The notes under the pieces: model-generated | Told to the model about the DNA's origin: nothing | The model's database searches: none | What the model saw: the letters and a program-made list of their open reading frames with translations, nothing else | Shown here: positions 1 through 9,648 of the stretch, one piece after another | Position numbering within the stretch: position 1 is the stretch's first letter | Layout: the number at the start of each line of letters is the position of its first letter | Assembly (NCBI GenBank): GCA_963666275.2 | Contig: CAXXOA010000002.1 | Location: 1,728,001-1,792,000 of the forward strand | Direction: 5' to 3' | Source of the DNA: Oceanispirochaeta sp. | Lineage (GTDB): Bacteria; Spirochaetota; Spirochaetia; DSM-2461 | DNA length: 64,000 nt | Translations under genes and position numbers: made by a program

Positions 1-2
1 AG

Positions 3-509
3 GGGGATGACAACGACGCTTTCGACAGGATCAGGGAGTCCGCTTTCGGGCTGCGGTTCTTTCCCGTGGTGACCTCGTATGATCGAATTCACAGAACCCT
101 CAAGTACAGCTTCCTGTTTCTGGTGCTTCCCTTTCTGACATTCTTTCTGTTTGAGCTGATCCGTAAGGTCAGGATTCATCCTGTCCAGTACATCCTGGCG
201 GGGGCGGGGAATATAATGTTTTATCTGCTCCTGTTATCCCTTTCAGAGCACCTTCCCTTCGAAGGGGCCTATCTGAGCGCCTCTCTGGCCGTAATTGTCA
301 TGCTGACCTGGTATGCCATCATGCTGCTGAAAAAATGGCGTTCCGGGATGACCATGTTGCCTGTGATGGCCCTTTCCTACGGATATATGTATTTTGTTCT
401 CCAGTCCGAAGATTACGCACTGCTCCTGGGCTCTCTGGGACTGTTCGGTGCCATCGCTCTTGTTATGTTTCTGACAAGGAAAATAGACTGGTATGGCGGC
501 AGACAATAG
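3..509 (+). CDS. creD: Inner membrane protein CreD, 5'-truncated by the window edge
   Basis: Frame is open from base 3 (…SAFGLRFFPVVTSYDRIHRTLKYSFLF…). IHPVQY, FYLLLLSLSEH, LQSEDYALLLGS and TRKIDWY are typical of the CreD C-terminus. Confidence 0.9.
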   Translation, partial: GDDNDAFDRIRESAFGLRFFPVVTSYDRIHRTLKYSFLFLVLPFLTFFLFELIRKVRIHPVQYILAGAGNIMFYLLLLSLSEHLPFEGAYLSASLAVIVMLTWYAIMLLKKWRSGMTMLPVMALSYGYMYFVLQSEDYALLLGSLGLFGAIALVMFLTRKIDWYGGRQ

Positions 510-569
510 GACAATTCAGGACAACCGGCTTTTTGGGGAAAATTACTCATTAGTCCTCTCCTGCCGGAT

Positions 570-649
570 GGATCCTGAGAGAAGTCGAAGTGAGGTCCCT
601 GAGCTAATTTGAATCAGCCGAAGGGCGGTCCCTGAGCGGAGCCGAAGGG
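570..649. repeat. Cluster of REP-like elements (GGTCCCTGAGCGGAG[C/T]CGAAGGG)
   Basis: Full copy at 627-649, interrupted copy at 594-625, degenerate copy at 570-590. A near-identical copy lies at 44210-44232. Confidence 0.7.
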
Positions 650-1638
650 TAGTATTTTTTATAGAGCCCCCTGAACTGATCATAGGTCAGGTTCAGGGCT
701 TCGGCGGCATTTTTCTGACTGTACCGGTTCTCCTCCAGGGCCCGGATCAGAAAATCCCGTTCCATCTGCTTCATATAGTCCCGGAAATCTTTCAGGGGGA
801 TCTGAGACGGGGCGCTCCGTGGGGATTCAGTTTCCTCCTGTTCCTGTTCATCCCCTTTATAGGGATTGGTAAAGGGAACAAGCTCAATGCTGTCAATCAC
901 ATCGCTATCAGCGCGGTAGACGGCCCGCTCCACCGCATTTTTCAGTTCCCTCACATTGCCTGGCCATTCGTATTCCTCCAGCTGCCGGCTGACATCTTCG
1001 GAAAAAACAGGGGCCTCCATCCGCCCTGTTTCCCGGCTCATTCTCATGGCGAAATGCCTTGCCAGGACATGAATGTCGCTCTTTCTGTACCGCAGAGGGG
1101 GCAGATAGAGGACTTCGAAAGAGAGCCGGTCCAGCAGATCCTCTTTGAACTTTCCCTGCCGGCAGAGTTCCGGGAGATCCGCGTTGGTGGCTCCTATGAT
1201 CCGGACATCCACTTCCTGCTCTGTGGAGCTTCCCACCCGGCTGAAACAGCCGTATTCAACAGTCCTGAGGATCTTCTCCTGTACTTCCATGGGAACCAGG
1301 CCGATTTCATCCAGAAAGAGAGTCCCCTGATGGGCCTCTTCAAATCGGCCTTTCCTCCTTGTCGAGGCTCCAGTAAAAGCTCCGGCTTCATGGCCGAAGA
1401 GCTCCGACTCCAGCAGGGACGGGGCAAGGGCGGCGCAATTGACCGGAATATAGGGACTTTTCCATCGGGAGGAGAGGTAGTGGAGACGGGCGGCGGCCAG
1501 TTCCTTTCCGGTGCCTCTCTCGCCCACAAGCAGGACGGGACGGTCTACTCTGGCCGCAAGGCTGAGCTTCTGCTGAAAATCCAGGAAGGCTTCCGATTCA
1601 CCCAGGGCTTCTCCCGGGAGCTGTCGATTCTTGTTCAT
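604..1638 (-). CDS. pspF: Phage shock protein operon sigma54 activator PspF
   Basis: AAA+ domain with GERGTGKE, GAFTGA and WPGNVREL, C-terminal HTH (LNLTYDQFRGLYKKY), no N-terminal regulatory domain. Divergent from pspA. Start placed at ATG 1638. Confidence 0.93.
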   Translation of the reverse strand: MNKNRQLPGEALGESEAFLDFQQKLSLAARVDRPVLLVGERGTGKELAAARLHYLSSRWKSPYIPVNCAALAPSLLESELFGHEAGAFTGASTRRKGRFEEAHQGTLFLDEIGLVPMEVQEKILRTVEYGCFSRVGSSTEQEVDVRIIGATNADLPELCRQGKFKEDLLDRLSFEVLYLPPLRYRKSDIHVLARHFAMRMSRETGRMEAPVFSEDVSRQLEEYEWPGNVRELKNAVERAVYRADSDVIDSIELVPFTNPYKGDEQEQEETESPRSAPSQIPLKDFRDYMKQMERDFLIRALEENRYSQKNAAEALNLTYDQFRGLYKKYYPSAPLRDRPSADSN

Positions 1639-1658
1639 AGGTTTATTATACTGATAAA

Positions 1659-1673
1659 TGGTTAACTTTACCA
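1659..1673. promoter_or_regulatory. Candidate PspF upstream activating sequence
   Basis: Imperfect palindrome TGGTTAACTTTACCA between pspF and the pspA sigma54 promoter. Confidence 0.6.
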
Positions 1674-1724
1674 ATAACTTTCTTTTTATGACGCCAAAAC
1701 CGGGAATTTTCGAGGTAACAGAAG

Positions 1725-1740
1725 TTGGCATGGAGTTTGT
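1725..1740 (+). promoter_or_regulatory. sigma54 -24/-12 promoter of pspABC
   Basis: TTGGCATGGAGTTTGT = GG-N10-GT, about 42 bp upstream of the pspA ATG. Confidence 0.8.
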
Positions 1741-1782
1741 TATAGTATTATCAGAAGCTTATTACAGCTCAGGAGGAATAGT

Positions 1783-2460
1783 ATGAGTATATTTTCAAGA
1801 TTTAGAGACATTATCAACTCTAACATAAATGATCTTCTTGATAAGGTGGAAGATCCTGAAAAGATGATCCGTCTGATGATTCAGGAAATGGAGGACACCC
1901 TTGTGGAGCTGAAATCCTCCTGTGCCGGGAAAATGGCGTCCCGTGCAGAAATACTCCGGGAGAAGGACTTTCAGCAGCAGAAGCTGGAACGCTGGGAGGG
2001 CAGGGCCCGTCTGGCACTGGAAAAAGAGCGGGAAGATCTGGCAAGAGAAGCCCTTCTGGAAAAGAAAAACTGTCTGAATCAGATCACTCTTCTGGAAAAG
2101 GATCTTGAACATTTCGAAAAGCTGATTGACGAATGCAAGGGCAATATTCTGCAGCTTGAGCAGAAACTGGAAGAGGTCCGGCAGAAGCATAAACTGCTGA
2201 TTCAGAGAGGAAGGCATGCCCAGGAAACCAAACAGGCCCGGCAGGCCATGCACCAGGCTTCGGGAACTGATGCTTTTATGAGGTTTAACGAACTGGAAAA
2301 GAAAGTGGAACAGATGGAAGCGGAAGCGGAACTTTCTGGTTTCGGACCGGCTTCAAACAGCAAAATTGAGCACGAGTTCGACAAACTGGAATCCGAATCG
2401 GAAATTGATGAAGAGCTGGAAGCCCTGAGAAAATCCATGAAGAAAGGAAAAGAATCGTAA
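1783..2460 (+). CDS. pspA: Phage shock protein A
   Basis: MSIFSRFRDIINSNINDLLDKVEDPEKMIRLMIQEMEDTLVE N-terminus, coiled coil, AGGAGG RBS. Confidence 0.96.
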   Translation: MSIFSRFRDIINSNINDLLDKVEDPEKMIRLMIQEMEDTLVELKSSCAGKMASRAEILREKDFQQQKLERWEGRARLALEKEREDLAREALLEKKNCLNQITLLEKDLEHFEKLIDECKGNILQLEQKLEEVRQKHKLLIQRGRHAQETKQARQAMHQASGTDAFMRFNELEKKVEQMEAEAELSGFGPASNSKIEHEFDKLESESEIDEELEALRKSMKKGKES

Positions 2461-2463
2461 GCT

Positions 2464-2709
2464 ATGAATCCCATTATGCTGCCAGTCTATATTGTTGCCA
2501 TAGTCGTAGGTATTCCGGTTATTAGCGGTTCTGTTACCAAAATAGTCAAAACGATCTATGCGGACAGGGAAGCTGAAAGGAACCGGAACCGGAATTATGA
2601 AAGTGAAACCATAAAAGAGATGGAAGCAGTGTTGAAAGATTTACGCAAACGAGTGGAAAACCTGGAGACCATCCTTCTTGATCTGGATAACAGGAGAAAT
2701 CAGTTATGA
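2464..2709 (+). CDS. PspB-like small membrane protein
   Basis: One N-terminal TM helix and RVENLETIL coiled-coil motif. Lies between pspA and pspC. Confidence 0.7.
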   Translation: MNPIMLPVYIVAIVVGIPVISGSVTKIVKTIYADREAERNRNRNYESETIKEMEAVLKDLRKRVENLETILLDLDNRRNQL

Positions 2710-3068
2710 CTTATACCCATAAACGTTTATACCGTTCCCGCAACGGGAAAATTTTCGGAGTCTGCCGGGGGATTGCGGACTGGCGCAATCTGCCGGTGGA
2801 ATATATACGGCTTTTTATGATCCTGGCCTTTATCTTCACCGGCTTCTTTCCGGTGGGCCTGATCTACTTCCTGGCCGCCATGGTTTTGCCAATGGAGCCC
2901 GAGGGATCCCGGGATTACCGCTTTTCTGATAGAGAGTATGAGTCCCGGAGCGGTTTTGACTCTTTCAGAAGAGACGCCCAGGATCTGAAAGACCGGGTCA
3001 GCCGTATGGAAAGCCGGGTTTTCGATAAAGAGAAAAACTGGGATGAGAGGTTTCGGAAAGACCGTTAG
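2706..3068 (+). CDS. pspC: Phage shock protein C
   Basis: KRLYRSRNGKIFGVCRGIA PspC motif, TM helix and C-terminal coiled coil. Confidence 0.92.
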   Translation: MTYTHKRLYRSRNGKIFGVCRGIADWRNLPVEYIRLFMILAFIFTGFFPVGLIYFLAAMVLPMEPEGSRDYRFSDREYESRSGFDSFRRDAQDLKDRVSRMESRVFDKEKNWDERFRKDR

Positions 3069-3079
3069 ACACCGAATCT

Positions 3080-3853
3080 CTAAAGGGAGAGAGCTCCCAG
3101 AACAGAGGAAATGTCCCCGCCGGCTTTGACAACAGCTTCTGAGAGCTCTTTCAGTCTTTCATCATCCATTCTTACCGAGGGGCCGGATATGCTTATGGCC
3201 CCGCAGATTTCTTTCTTTCCATTGAATATGGGAGCGGCAACACAGCGGACGCCCTGTTCGTTCTCTTCCATGTCCAGGCTGTATCCCCTCTGACGGATCT
3301 TTTCAAGCTCTCCGGCCAGGGTCTCTCTGTCTGTTATGGTTGTCTCCGTTCGGGAGTTCCATTCCACATCTTTCAGCATCGCCGACTGTTCTTCCGGATT
3401 GAGCCAGGAGAGGATCGCCTTGCCGACACCCGTACAGTTGGGGCGGATAAACCGTCCCTGGGCGGAGGCCATGGCCACTCTCAGTGCCAGGGGAGATTCA
3501 ATTTTATCAAGATAGAAAATCCGGTTGTCCTCCATGGATGCCAGATGGATGGTTTCCTGGGAGTATTCGGCCAGCTCTTCCATATAGGGAAGCGCCGCCT
3601 TGTGTAGATCCAGTCTGTTCAGGGCCTGGACCCCTACCTGAAAAAGTTTCAGAGTGAGGCTGTATTTTTCAGTTTTTCTGTTCTGTCTGACATATCCCTG
3701 CATCATCAGGGTATTGAGAAAACGATAGACCGTACTCTTGTTTCCCTCTACGGCTTCGGCCAGCTCCCTGACGCCCACTTCCTCCTGGATGGATAGGGTT
3801 TCCAGAAGAATCATTGTTTTCTGTACAGATTGTACGGGATCAGGGCTTTTCAT
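3080..3853 (-). CDS. IclR-family transcriptional regulator (KdgR-like)
   Basis: N-terminal HTH (VQSVQKTMILLE…KSTVYRFLNTL), C-terminal CTGVGKAILS and EENEQGVRCVAAPI. Start placed at ATG 3853. Confidence 0.9.
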   Translation of the reverse strand: MKSPDPVQSVQKTMILLETLSIQEEVGVRELAEAVEGNKSTVYRFLNTLMMQGYVRQNRKTEKYSLTLKLFQVGVQALNRLDLHKAALPYMEELAEYSQETIHLASMEDNRIFYLDKIESPLALRVAMASAQGRFIRPNCTGVGKAILSWLNPEEQSAMLKDVEWNSRTETTITDRETLAGELEKIRQRGYSLDMEENEQGVRCVAAPIFNGKKEICGAISISGPSVRMDDERLKELSEAVVKAGGDISSVLGALSL

Positions 3854-3958
3854 AGATCGTGTCCTCAATGCGGTTTAACTCTTATATCCGGAAATCTCAG
3901 GATCCGCCGGAAGAGTCCCATAGGGTATGATTTCCTATTATAGAGTACTTCTTTTTTT

Positions 3959-3977
3959 AATGAAACAGCGTTTTAAA
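3959..3977. promoter_or_regulatory. KdgR-type operator upstream of the IclR gene
   Basis: AATGAAACAGCGTTTTAAA resembles the KdgR box consensus AATGAAACAnTGTTTCATT. Confidence 0.55.
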
Positions 3978-4056
3978 ACATTTGAATCAGCTTTCCCGGG
4001 GCCCGGGAGGGGAGGCTCCTTTTTCTTTTTTCCTGTTTGGTTTATTCTACCACAAG

Positions 4057-4476
4057 ATGAATCCCACAGAATTACGGCAGCAGATAGAAAAATTCTCATC
4101 AGTGAGCTATTCCCGTTCCGGCGGGCCGGGCGGACAGAACGTCAACAAGGTCAATACAAAAGTCCTTCTGACGATTCCCTTGGATCAGCTCAGCTGCCTC
4201 AATGAGAGCGAACAGGCTCTGGTCCGTCAGAAACTCTCCTCCCGAATCAACAGCAGGGATGAACTCTATATTCAGGTTCAGGATACCCGGTCCCAGTTCT
4301 ATAACAGGCAGCTGGCGGTGGAACAGCTTATGAGTCTGATCCGTCAGAGCCTGATCCGACAGAGGAAGAGAAAAAATACAAAACCCACCAGATCTTCTGT
4401 TGAAAAAAGGCTGTCCCAGAAAAAAAAACGGGGGGATAAAAAGAAATCCCGCAACAGCCGCAACTGGATGGACTGA
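4057..4476 (+). CDS. arfB: Alternative ribosome-rescue peptidyl-tRNA hydrolase ArfB (YaeJ)
   Basis: SRSGGPGGQNVNKVNTKV (GGQ motif), RSQFYNR and a basic C-terminal tail. Start placed at ATG 4057. Confidence 0.93.
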   Translation: MNPTELRQQIEKFSSVSYSRSGGPGGQNVNKVNTKVLLTIPLDQLSCLNESEQALVRQKLSSRINSRDELYIQVQDTRSQFYNRQLAVEQLMSLIRQSLIRQRKRKNTKPTRSSVEKRLSQKKKRGDKKKSRNSRNWMD

Positions 4477-4502
4477 AGATCTTCACCGCCCGCAGAGGGT
4501 TT

Positions 4503-4994
4503 TTAGTTTTTAAACATCCCCTCCAGATGATTGTAGTTTGATCCATTGGCTTCCAGCAGGACCAGATCCTCTCCCCGGGTCTGCAGTTTAAGGGTTTTTA
4601 TATTTCCTCCGGAGAGAGACAGATCCATGATAAGATCTCCCTGTTCATTCACATCGATTGTTCCGGTAAGTGTCTCAAATGAGAATGTCGGCTGTTCTCC
4701 CCCGGAAGGAGATCCCATAGTCTCCGACATGGACAGGACAAATTCCGTCACTCCGAACCGGGTGAACTCCATATGGGTGATTCCCGTCATCATATCCATT
4801 TCCATCTCCACATTTTCCGGTGCTGCGGAAATCATCGATGTCATCAGGACAAAGCCGAAAAGGGTCAGTGCGGCGATGGTTGTTTCCTGAACTTCAAGAT
4901 CCGAAAGGGACTGGGAAAAAAGAAAAGCGGGGATCCGCAGGGTTAAGATAAGGAATAATAGAAAAATCTTTTTCATGAAATGCTCCTGTTTCAT
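4503..4994 (-). CDS. Hypothetical exported or membrane protein
   Basis: Signal-peptide-like N-terminus (MKKIFLLFLILTL) and a second hydrophobic segment. No family recognised. Confidence 0.6.
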   Translation of the reverse strand: MKQEHFMKKIFLLFLILTLRIPAFLFSQSLSDLEVQETTIAALTLFGFVLMTSMISAAPENVEMEMDMMTGITHMEFTRFGVTEFVLSMSETMGSPSGGEQPTFSFETLTGTIDVNEQGDLIMDLSLSGGNIKTLKLQTRGEDLVLLEANGSNYNHLEGMFKN

Positions 4995-5066
4995 GGCCTA
5001 TCCCCTGGACAGCCATCCACGGGGCATAGGAAATTCTAGGATAAACAGGAGCCCTTTGCCGGGTTT

Positions 5067-5816
5067 TCAGGAATCTTCAAGATAAAAACACATAGTTCTG
5101 AGAACTTTCTGTTTCTCTATTTCAATCAGGCGCCATCCTGTGCGGGTGTCCTTCAGGGAGTATTCCCGACTGTCCGGATCAAGGCATCCCAGTGTGGGGG
5201 GCGTTATATGAACAACCACCGGGGGCTCTTCCAGTATGACAGTTTTTTCCACGTGATAGTGACCGCAGAACAGGGTCAGGTTCTTCCCCGACTCTCTGAC
5301 TGTAGAAAGGAACAGTGCGGAAGTTTTGTAGGGGTAGTTGGTATCCATAAAGGGAATATCGCACAGACAGGGCGGATGATGCATAAAGAGCAGGCAGTTT
5401 TCAGGCTGTATGGCCAGTTCCCGGGTGAACCATAATTTCTGTTTGATATCCAGTCTCTCCGAAGAACTGTCCAGAAAAAGGAGGGACTCTCCCTTCATGG
5501 CCACAGCCCCGGTCAGGATGACTTTGGGGGGCATGTCCTTCAGGTTGAATATTTCCTGCATAAGCGGGGGATCGTCATGATTCCCGGGAACGATCAGATA
5601 GTGAATACCGGTCTGTTCAAGCTGATCCCTGATCCATTGGTACACAGAGGGATCTCCCTCAGGATGGGTCAGGTCTCCTGTCAGTACAATCAGATCCAGA
5701 TTTTCTTTTGTCAGCTGATTCAGGGTTCTCAGGAATTTATCTCTACTGTCCAGCCCTTTTATGAGTTCCCCTTCCTTTGGAATATGGGTATCAGTTAAAT
5801 GAGCCACTCTCAGCAT
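5067..5816 (-). CDS. Calcineurin-like metallophosphoesterase (Icc/CpdA family)
   Basis: HLTDTH, LTGDL, PGNHD, MHHPP and CGHYH motifs. Confidence 0.88.
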   Translation of the reverse strand: MLRVAHLTDTHIPKEGELIKGLDSRDKFLRTLNQLTKENLDLIVLTGDLTHPEGDPSVYQWIRDQLEQTGIHYLIVPGNHDDPPLMQEIFNLKDMPPKVILTGAVAMKGESLLFLDSSSERLDIKQKLWFTRELAIQPENCLLFMHHPPCLCDIPFMDTNYPYKTSALFLSTVRESGKNLTLFCGHYHVEKTVILEEPPVVVHITPPTLGCLDPDSREYSLKDTRTGWRLIEIEKQKVLRTMCFYLEDS

Positions 5817-5835
5817 GATTTATTCTCCCTGATGT

Positions 5836-6519
5836 TTATTCGTCGTCGTCATCTTCCCACTGAACAGGGGGATTTTTGATTCCAAGGCGCCTGAGACGGC
5901 GTTTATCCTCTTCTTCTCTGGCAAGATCTTCCCGTTTCAGCCGTTCCAGACGTCGCATTTCCTCTTCCTGTTTCGCCAGTAGCCAGGGGGGAGCCGCTTC
6001 TTCGTTATCTTTGGATTTTACCTTGATTTTTCCGGGCAGTTTTGTTTTTTTCAGGACTGAGTTGCTGATGGCTTCCAGTTTGACTTTCGCACCTGTCAGG
6101 GATACCTCTGTCATATCGGCCCCTTCCAGGTCCGCATCTTCGAGGTTGCATTTTCCCATTCTGGCTTTGGTCAGATTGGCCTTTTTCAGAACCGCCTGCT
6201 TCAGAACGGCACCATTCAGATTGGCACTCAGCAGATTGGCACTGCTCAGGTCGGCCCTTTCCATATTGGCATTTTCAAGGGAGGCGTATCTCAGGTCCGC
6301 ATCCGCCAGATTGGCTCCGGTCAGATTGGCTCCGGACAGGTTAATCTCTTTCAGATTCAGTTTGGAAAGATTCACTCCCTTCAGATTGGCTTTGAAACGG
6401 GGGCCGTTCTGCTTATTGAACTTATTCCAGATGAGGATATTTTCCTCTTCCAGTGCACGAATAAGGACTTTTAACTGTCTCTCATTACCGGTAAATCCGG
6501 TTTGATCTCCTAGGGTCAT
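5836..6519 (-). CDS. Pentapeptide repeat protein
   Basis: Long run of A(N/D)Lxx repeats (ANLTG ANLAD ADLRY…) and a charged C-terminus. Confidence 0.9.
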   Translation of the reverse strand: MTLGDQTGFTGNERQLKVLIRALEEENILIWNKFNKQNGPRFKANLKGVNLSKLNLKEINLSGANLTGANLADADLRYASLENANMERADLSSANLLSANLNGAVLKQAVLKKANLTKARMGKCNLEDADLEGADMTEVSLTGAKVKLEAISNSVLKKTKLPGKIKVKSKDNEEAAPPWLLAKQEEEMRRLERLKREDLAREEEDKRRLRRLGIKNPPVQWEDDDDE

Positions 6520-6695
6520 GAATTCCTTCTCTCGGGTAAGATTTTGATATGCATCAGATAATAGAGAATTTCTCCTTTAGATGCAATGTTTTATTCCCCC
6601 GGGGCAAACTTTTTTGGAAAATATCCCTTCCGGGGTCTGGCCAAGATCTTCTTAATTTATGAAAATGAACGTCAAAACGAAAAATTGAGGTTTAA

Positions 6696-7328
6696 ATGGA
6701 AGATATAAAAAACAGCATTTCTGCTGAATTTGTACTGAAGAGGCAGGATGGTTCTCTGGTAGACAGTTCTGATCACAGTGGTCCCATCAACTATATCGAG
6801 GGTCTCGGCATGATGATTCCCGGTATTGAAAAGGCTCTGAAGGGTCGCAGTGAAGGCGAGGAGTTTGATCTGGTTCTGGCTCCCGAGGATATGTACGGGC
6901 TCCGGGACGAAGAGAACATTCTGGAAGTTTCCACAGAAGATTTTCATGGCAAAGCCGATGAGCTTGAAACCGGAATGATCATCGAGGCCCACACCCAGGA
7001 AGGTCCCAAACTGATGACAGTTAAAGCCATCGAAGGAGAGAAGGTTATTCTGGATGCGAATCACCCTCTTGCGGGAATGGAACTGGCATTTTCAGGAAAA
7101 GTTACCAATTCCCGGCCTGCTTCCCAGGAAGAGATCGACAAGCTTACAAGAAAAGGCTGCGGATGCGGCGGTCACTCCCATGGTGATGATCATGAGTGCT
7201 GCGGCGGCCATTCCCACGGGGATGATCACGAGTGCTGCGGTGGCGGCCACTCCCATGATGATGATCATGAGTGCTGCGGCGGAAACGGCAGCAAGTCAGC
7301 TGAAGGCTGCGGATGCGGTAATCACTGA
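6696..7328 (+). CDS. slyD: FKBP-type PPIase SlyD with His/Cys-rich metal-binding tail
   Basis: IPGIEKAL and DANHPLAG motifs. Tail has three GGHSH(G/D)DDHECC units. Confidence 0.92.
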   Translation: MEDIKNSISAEFVLKRQDGSLVDSSDHSGPINYIEGLGMMIPGIEKALKGRSEGEEFDLVLAPEDMYGLRDEENILEVSTEDFHGKADELETGMIIEAHTQEGPKLMTVKAIEGEKVILDANHPLAGMELAFSGKVTNSRPASQEEIDKLTRKGCGCGGHSHGDDHECCGGHSHGDDHECCGGGHSHDDDHECCGGNGSKSAEGCGCGNH

Positions 7329-7342
7329 TCCTGAAAGGTCTT

Positions 7343-7380
7343 AAAAAAAACCGGCTTGATCACTCAAAGCCGGTTTTTTT
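7343..7380. terminator. Bidirectional intrinsic terminator
   Basis: A8-CCGGCTT…AAGCCGG-T7 between the convergent slyD and TM1266-like genes. Confidence 0.8.
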
Positions 7381-7391
7381 ATCTCCAGTTA

Positions 7392-7658
7392 TTATTCCGT
7401 TTTTCCGGGACGCTTTGTGAGTCCCGATTTTACCGAGACTCCCGGGATCTTACCGAGTTTTCCTGTAAGCCCTCCCAGCTGGTCCGTAGTGGACTGGACA
7501 ATCAGGGTTATTACCGAAATCTGATCATTCTCCAGATGGGGCAGCCCCATCCGGCCGAGAATAATCTCACTGTACTCGGAGAGAACCTTCTGAACTTCCA
7601 GAGCATAGTTCTTTTTCTGTTCAATGGTTATGCCCACAAAACCATACCTTTTTTCCAC
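7392..7658 (-). CDS. TM1266-family putative FeFe-hydrogenase system regulator (ACT-like)
   Basis: LSEYSEIILGRMGLP…ISVITLIV…LTGKLGKIPGVSVKS. GTG start 5 bp after the ilvD stop. Confidence 0.8.
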   Translation of the reverse strand: MEKRYGFVGITIEQKKNYALEVQKVLSEYSEIILGRMGLPHLENDQISVITLIVQSTTDQLGGLTGKLGKIPGVSVKSGLTKRPGKTE

Positions 7659-7663
7659 AGCGC

Positions 7664-9505
7664 TTACTCCTCATCGGGAAGGACTCTGATAGCTCCCTTG
7701 TCTGCAGAGGATGCCAGAAGAGCGTAGGCTCTCAATGCCTGAGAAACCACTCTGTTTCTGCCGACAGGTTTATAGGCGTCTTTCCCTTTGGCTTCTTCCT
7801 CTTTCCGGCGGGATGCCAGCTCTTCATCGCTGATCATGACAGAAATGGATCTTTCAGGAATATTGATATCAATCATATCTCCGTCTCTGATCAGGGCAAT
7901 TTCTCCCCCCGATGCCGCTTCAGGCGAGACATGTCCTATGGAAAGACCCGATGTTCCTCCCGAAAAGCGACCGTCTGTGATCAGGGCGCACTCTTTTCCG
8001 AGGTGCATGGATTTCAGGTAGGAAGTGGGGTAGAGCATCTCCTGCATTCCCGGTCCCCCTTTGGGACCTTCGTAGCGGATAATGACCACATCGCCCGACT
8101 GGATTTCGCTTCCCAGAATGGCATCGCAGGCCGCATCCTGAGAGTAGAAAACCCGGGCGGGACCTGTAAAATGGAATATGGACTCATCCACACCGGCTGT
8201 TTTGACAATACAGCCGTTGCGGGCAATGTTTCCTGTCAGAACAGCCAGACCGCCCTCTTTTGTGTAGCAGTTTTCCATATCCCTGATGCATCCGGCGGCC
8301 CGATCGGTATCCAGTTCTCTGTAGTAGGATTCCTGGCCTCCCATGACCAGAAGGCGTCTGCCTCCGGGGGCGGAGCGGAAAAACTTTTTCACATCATCCG
8401 AGATCCCGTCGTTCATAATATCGTATTCGGCCAGAGCGGTTTCAAGGTTTTCGTTATCAACCCGGTTCACATCGGTTTTCAGCAGACCGCCCCGGTTGAG
8501 TTCGTTCAGAATCCCCATGATTCCTCCGGCTCTGTGTACATCCTCAATGTGGTATTTGGCCGAATTGGGGGAGACCTTGCACAGACAGGGAACCTGACGG
8601 GAAAGGTCATTGATCTGCTGCATTGTGAAGTCCACACCGGCAGCTCTGGCGACAGCCAGGATATGAAGAACCGTATTGGTAGAGCCTCCCATGGCGATAT
8701 CCAGGGTCATGGCGTTTTTAAAGGCATCCATTGTGGCTATGGAACGGGGAAGGACAGAATCATCTCCGTCGATGTAGTATTTATAGGTGTTTTTGACAAT
8801 GATTTCCGAAGCTTTTCTAAAGAGCTCCAGCCTGTTTTTATGGGTCGCCAGGACTGTTCCGTTGCCGGGAAGTCCCAGTCCCAGAGCCTCTACCAGGCAG
8901 TTCATGGAATTGGCTGTAAACATACCCGAACAGGAACCGCAGGTGGGACAGGCGCTTCTTTCTACCTGCTGAACCGTTTCGTCCGAAACAGTGGAGTCTG
9001 CTCCCATCACCATGGCATCGACAAGATCGTAGCCTTTTTCTCCCACCCGGCCCGCTTCCATGGGGCCTCCGGAAACAAATATGGCGGGGATGTTCAGCCG
9101 CATGGCGGCAATAAGCATACCCGGGGTGATTTTATCGCAGTTGCTTATACAGATCATGGCATCTGCTTTATGGGCGTTGCACATGTATTCGACACTGTCG
9201 GCAATTACCTCTCGGGAAGGCAGTGAGTAGAGCATCCCGGAATGACCCATGGCGATGCCATCGTCAATGGCTATGGTATTGAACTCGGCGGCAAAGCATC
9301 CCAGTTCCTCTATCTGTTTTTTTACTAGCTGACCTGTTTCGTGCAGGTGGACATGTCCGGGCACAAACTGGGTAAAAGAGTTGACCACCGCAATAACAGG
9401 CTTATCCATCTGTTCTTCGGTCATGCCGTTTGCCCGCCACAGGCTTCTGGCTCCGGCCATTCTTCTTCCGTCTTTTGTTTCGGAACTGCGCCATCTTTTT
9501 CCCAT
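7664..9505 (-). CDS. ilvD: Dihydroxy-acid dehydratase
   Basis: [42 protein letters not shown] and TDGRFSGGT motifs. Start at ATG 9505 after GGAGG. Confidence 0.97.
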   Translation of the reverse strand: MGKRWRSSETKDGRRMAGARSLWRANGMTEEQMDKPVIAVVNSFTQFVPGHVHLHETGQLVKKQIEELGCFAAEFNTIAIDDGIAMGHSGMLYSLPSREVIADSVEYMCNAHKADAMICISNCDKITPGMLIAAMRLNIPAIFVSGGPMEAGRVGEKGYDLVDAMVMGADSTVSDETVQQVERSACPTCGSCSGMFTANSMNCLVEALGLGLPGNGTVLATHKNRLELFRKASEIIVKNTYKYYIDGDDSVLPRSIATMDAFKNAMTLDIAMGGSTNTVLHILAVARAAGVDFTMQQINDLSRQVPCLCKVSPNSAKYHIEDVHRAGGIMGILNELNRGGLLKTDVNRVDNENLETALAEYDIMNDGISDDVKKFFRSAPGGRRLLVMGGQESYYRELDTDRAAGCIRDMENCYTKEGGLAVLTGNIARNGCIVKTAGVDESIFHFTGPARVFYSQDAACDAILGSEIQSGDVVIIRYEGPKGGPGMQEMLYPTSYLKSMHLGKECALITDGRFSGGTSGLSIGHVSPEAASGGEIALIRDGDMIDINIPERSISVMISDEELASRRKEEEAKGKDAYKPVGRNRVVSQALRAYALLASSADKGAIRVLPDEE

Positions 9506-9648
9506 ATTGATCCTCCGGATATAGAAACTATTTTTTTCCAAGATTTCAGTTTTATGAACCTACAGTATAATCTCTTGGGGGGAGATTGCAATATACTGTC
9601 TGGTGATATAAAAAAAATAACCTGTTGCTCATATCGCAACAGGTTGGA

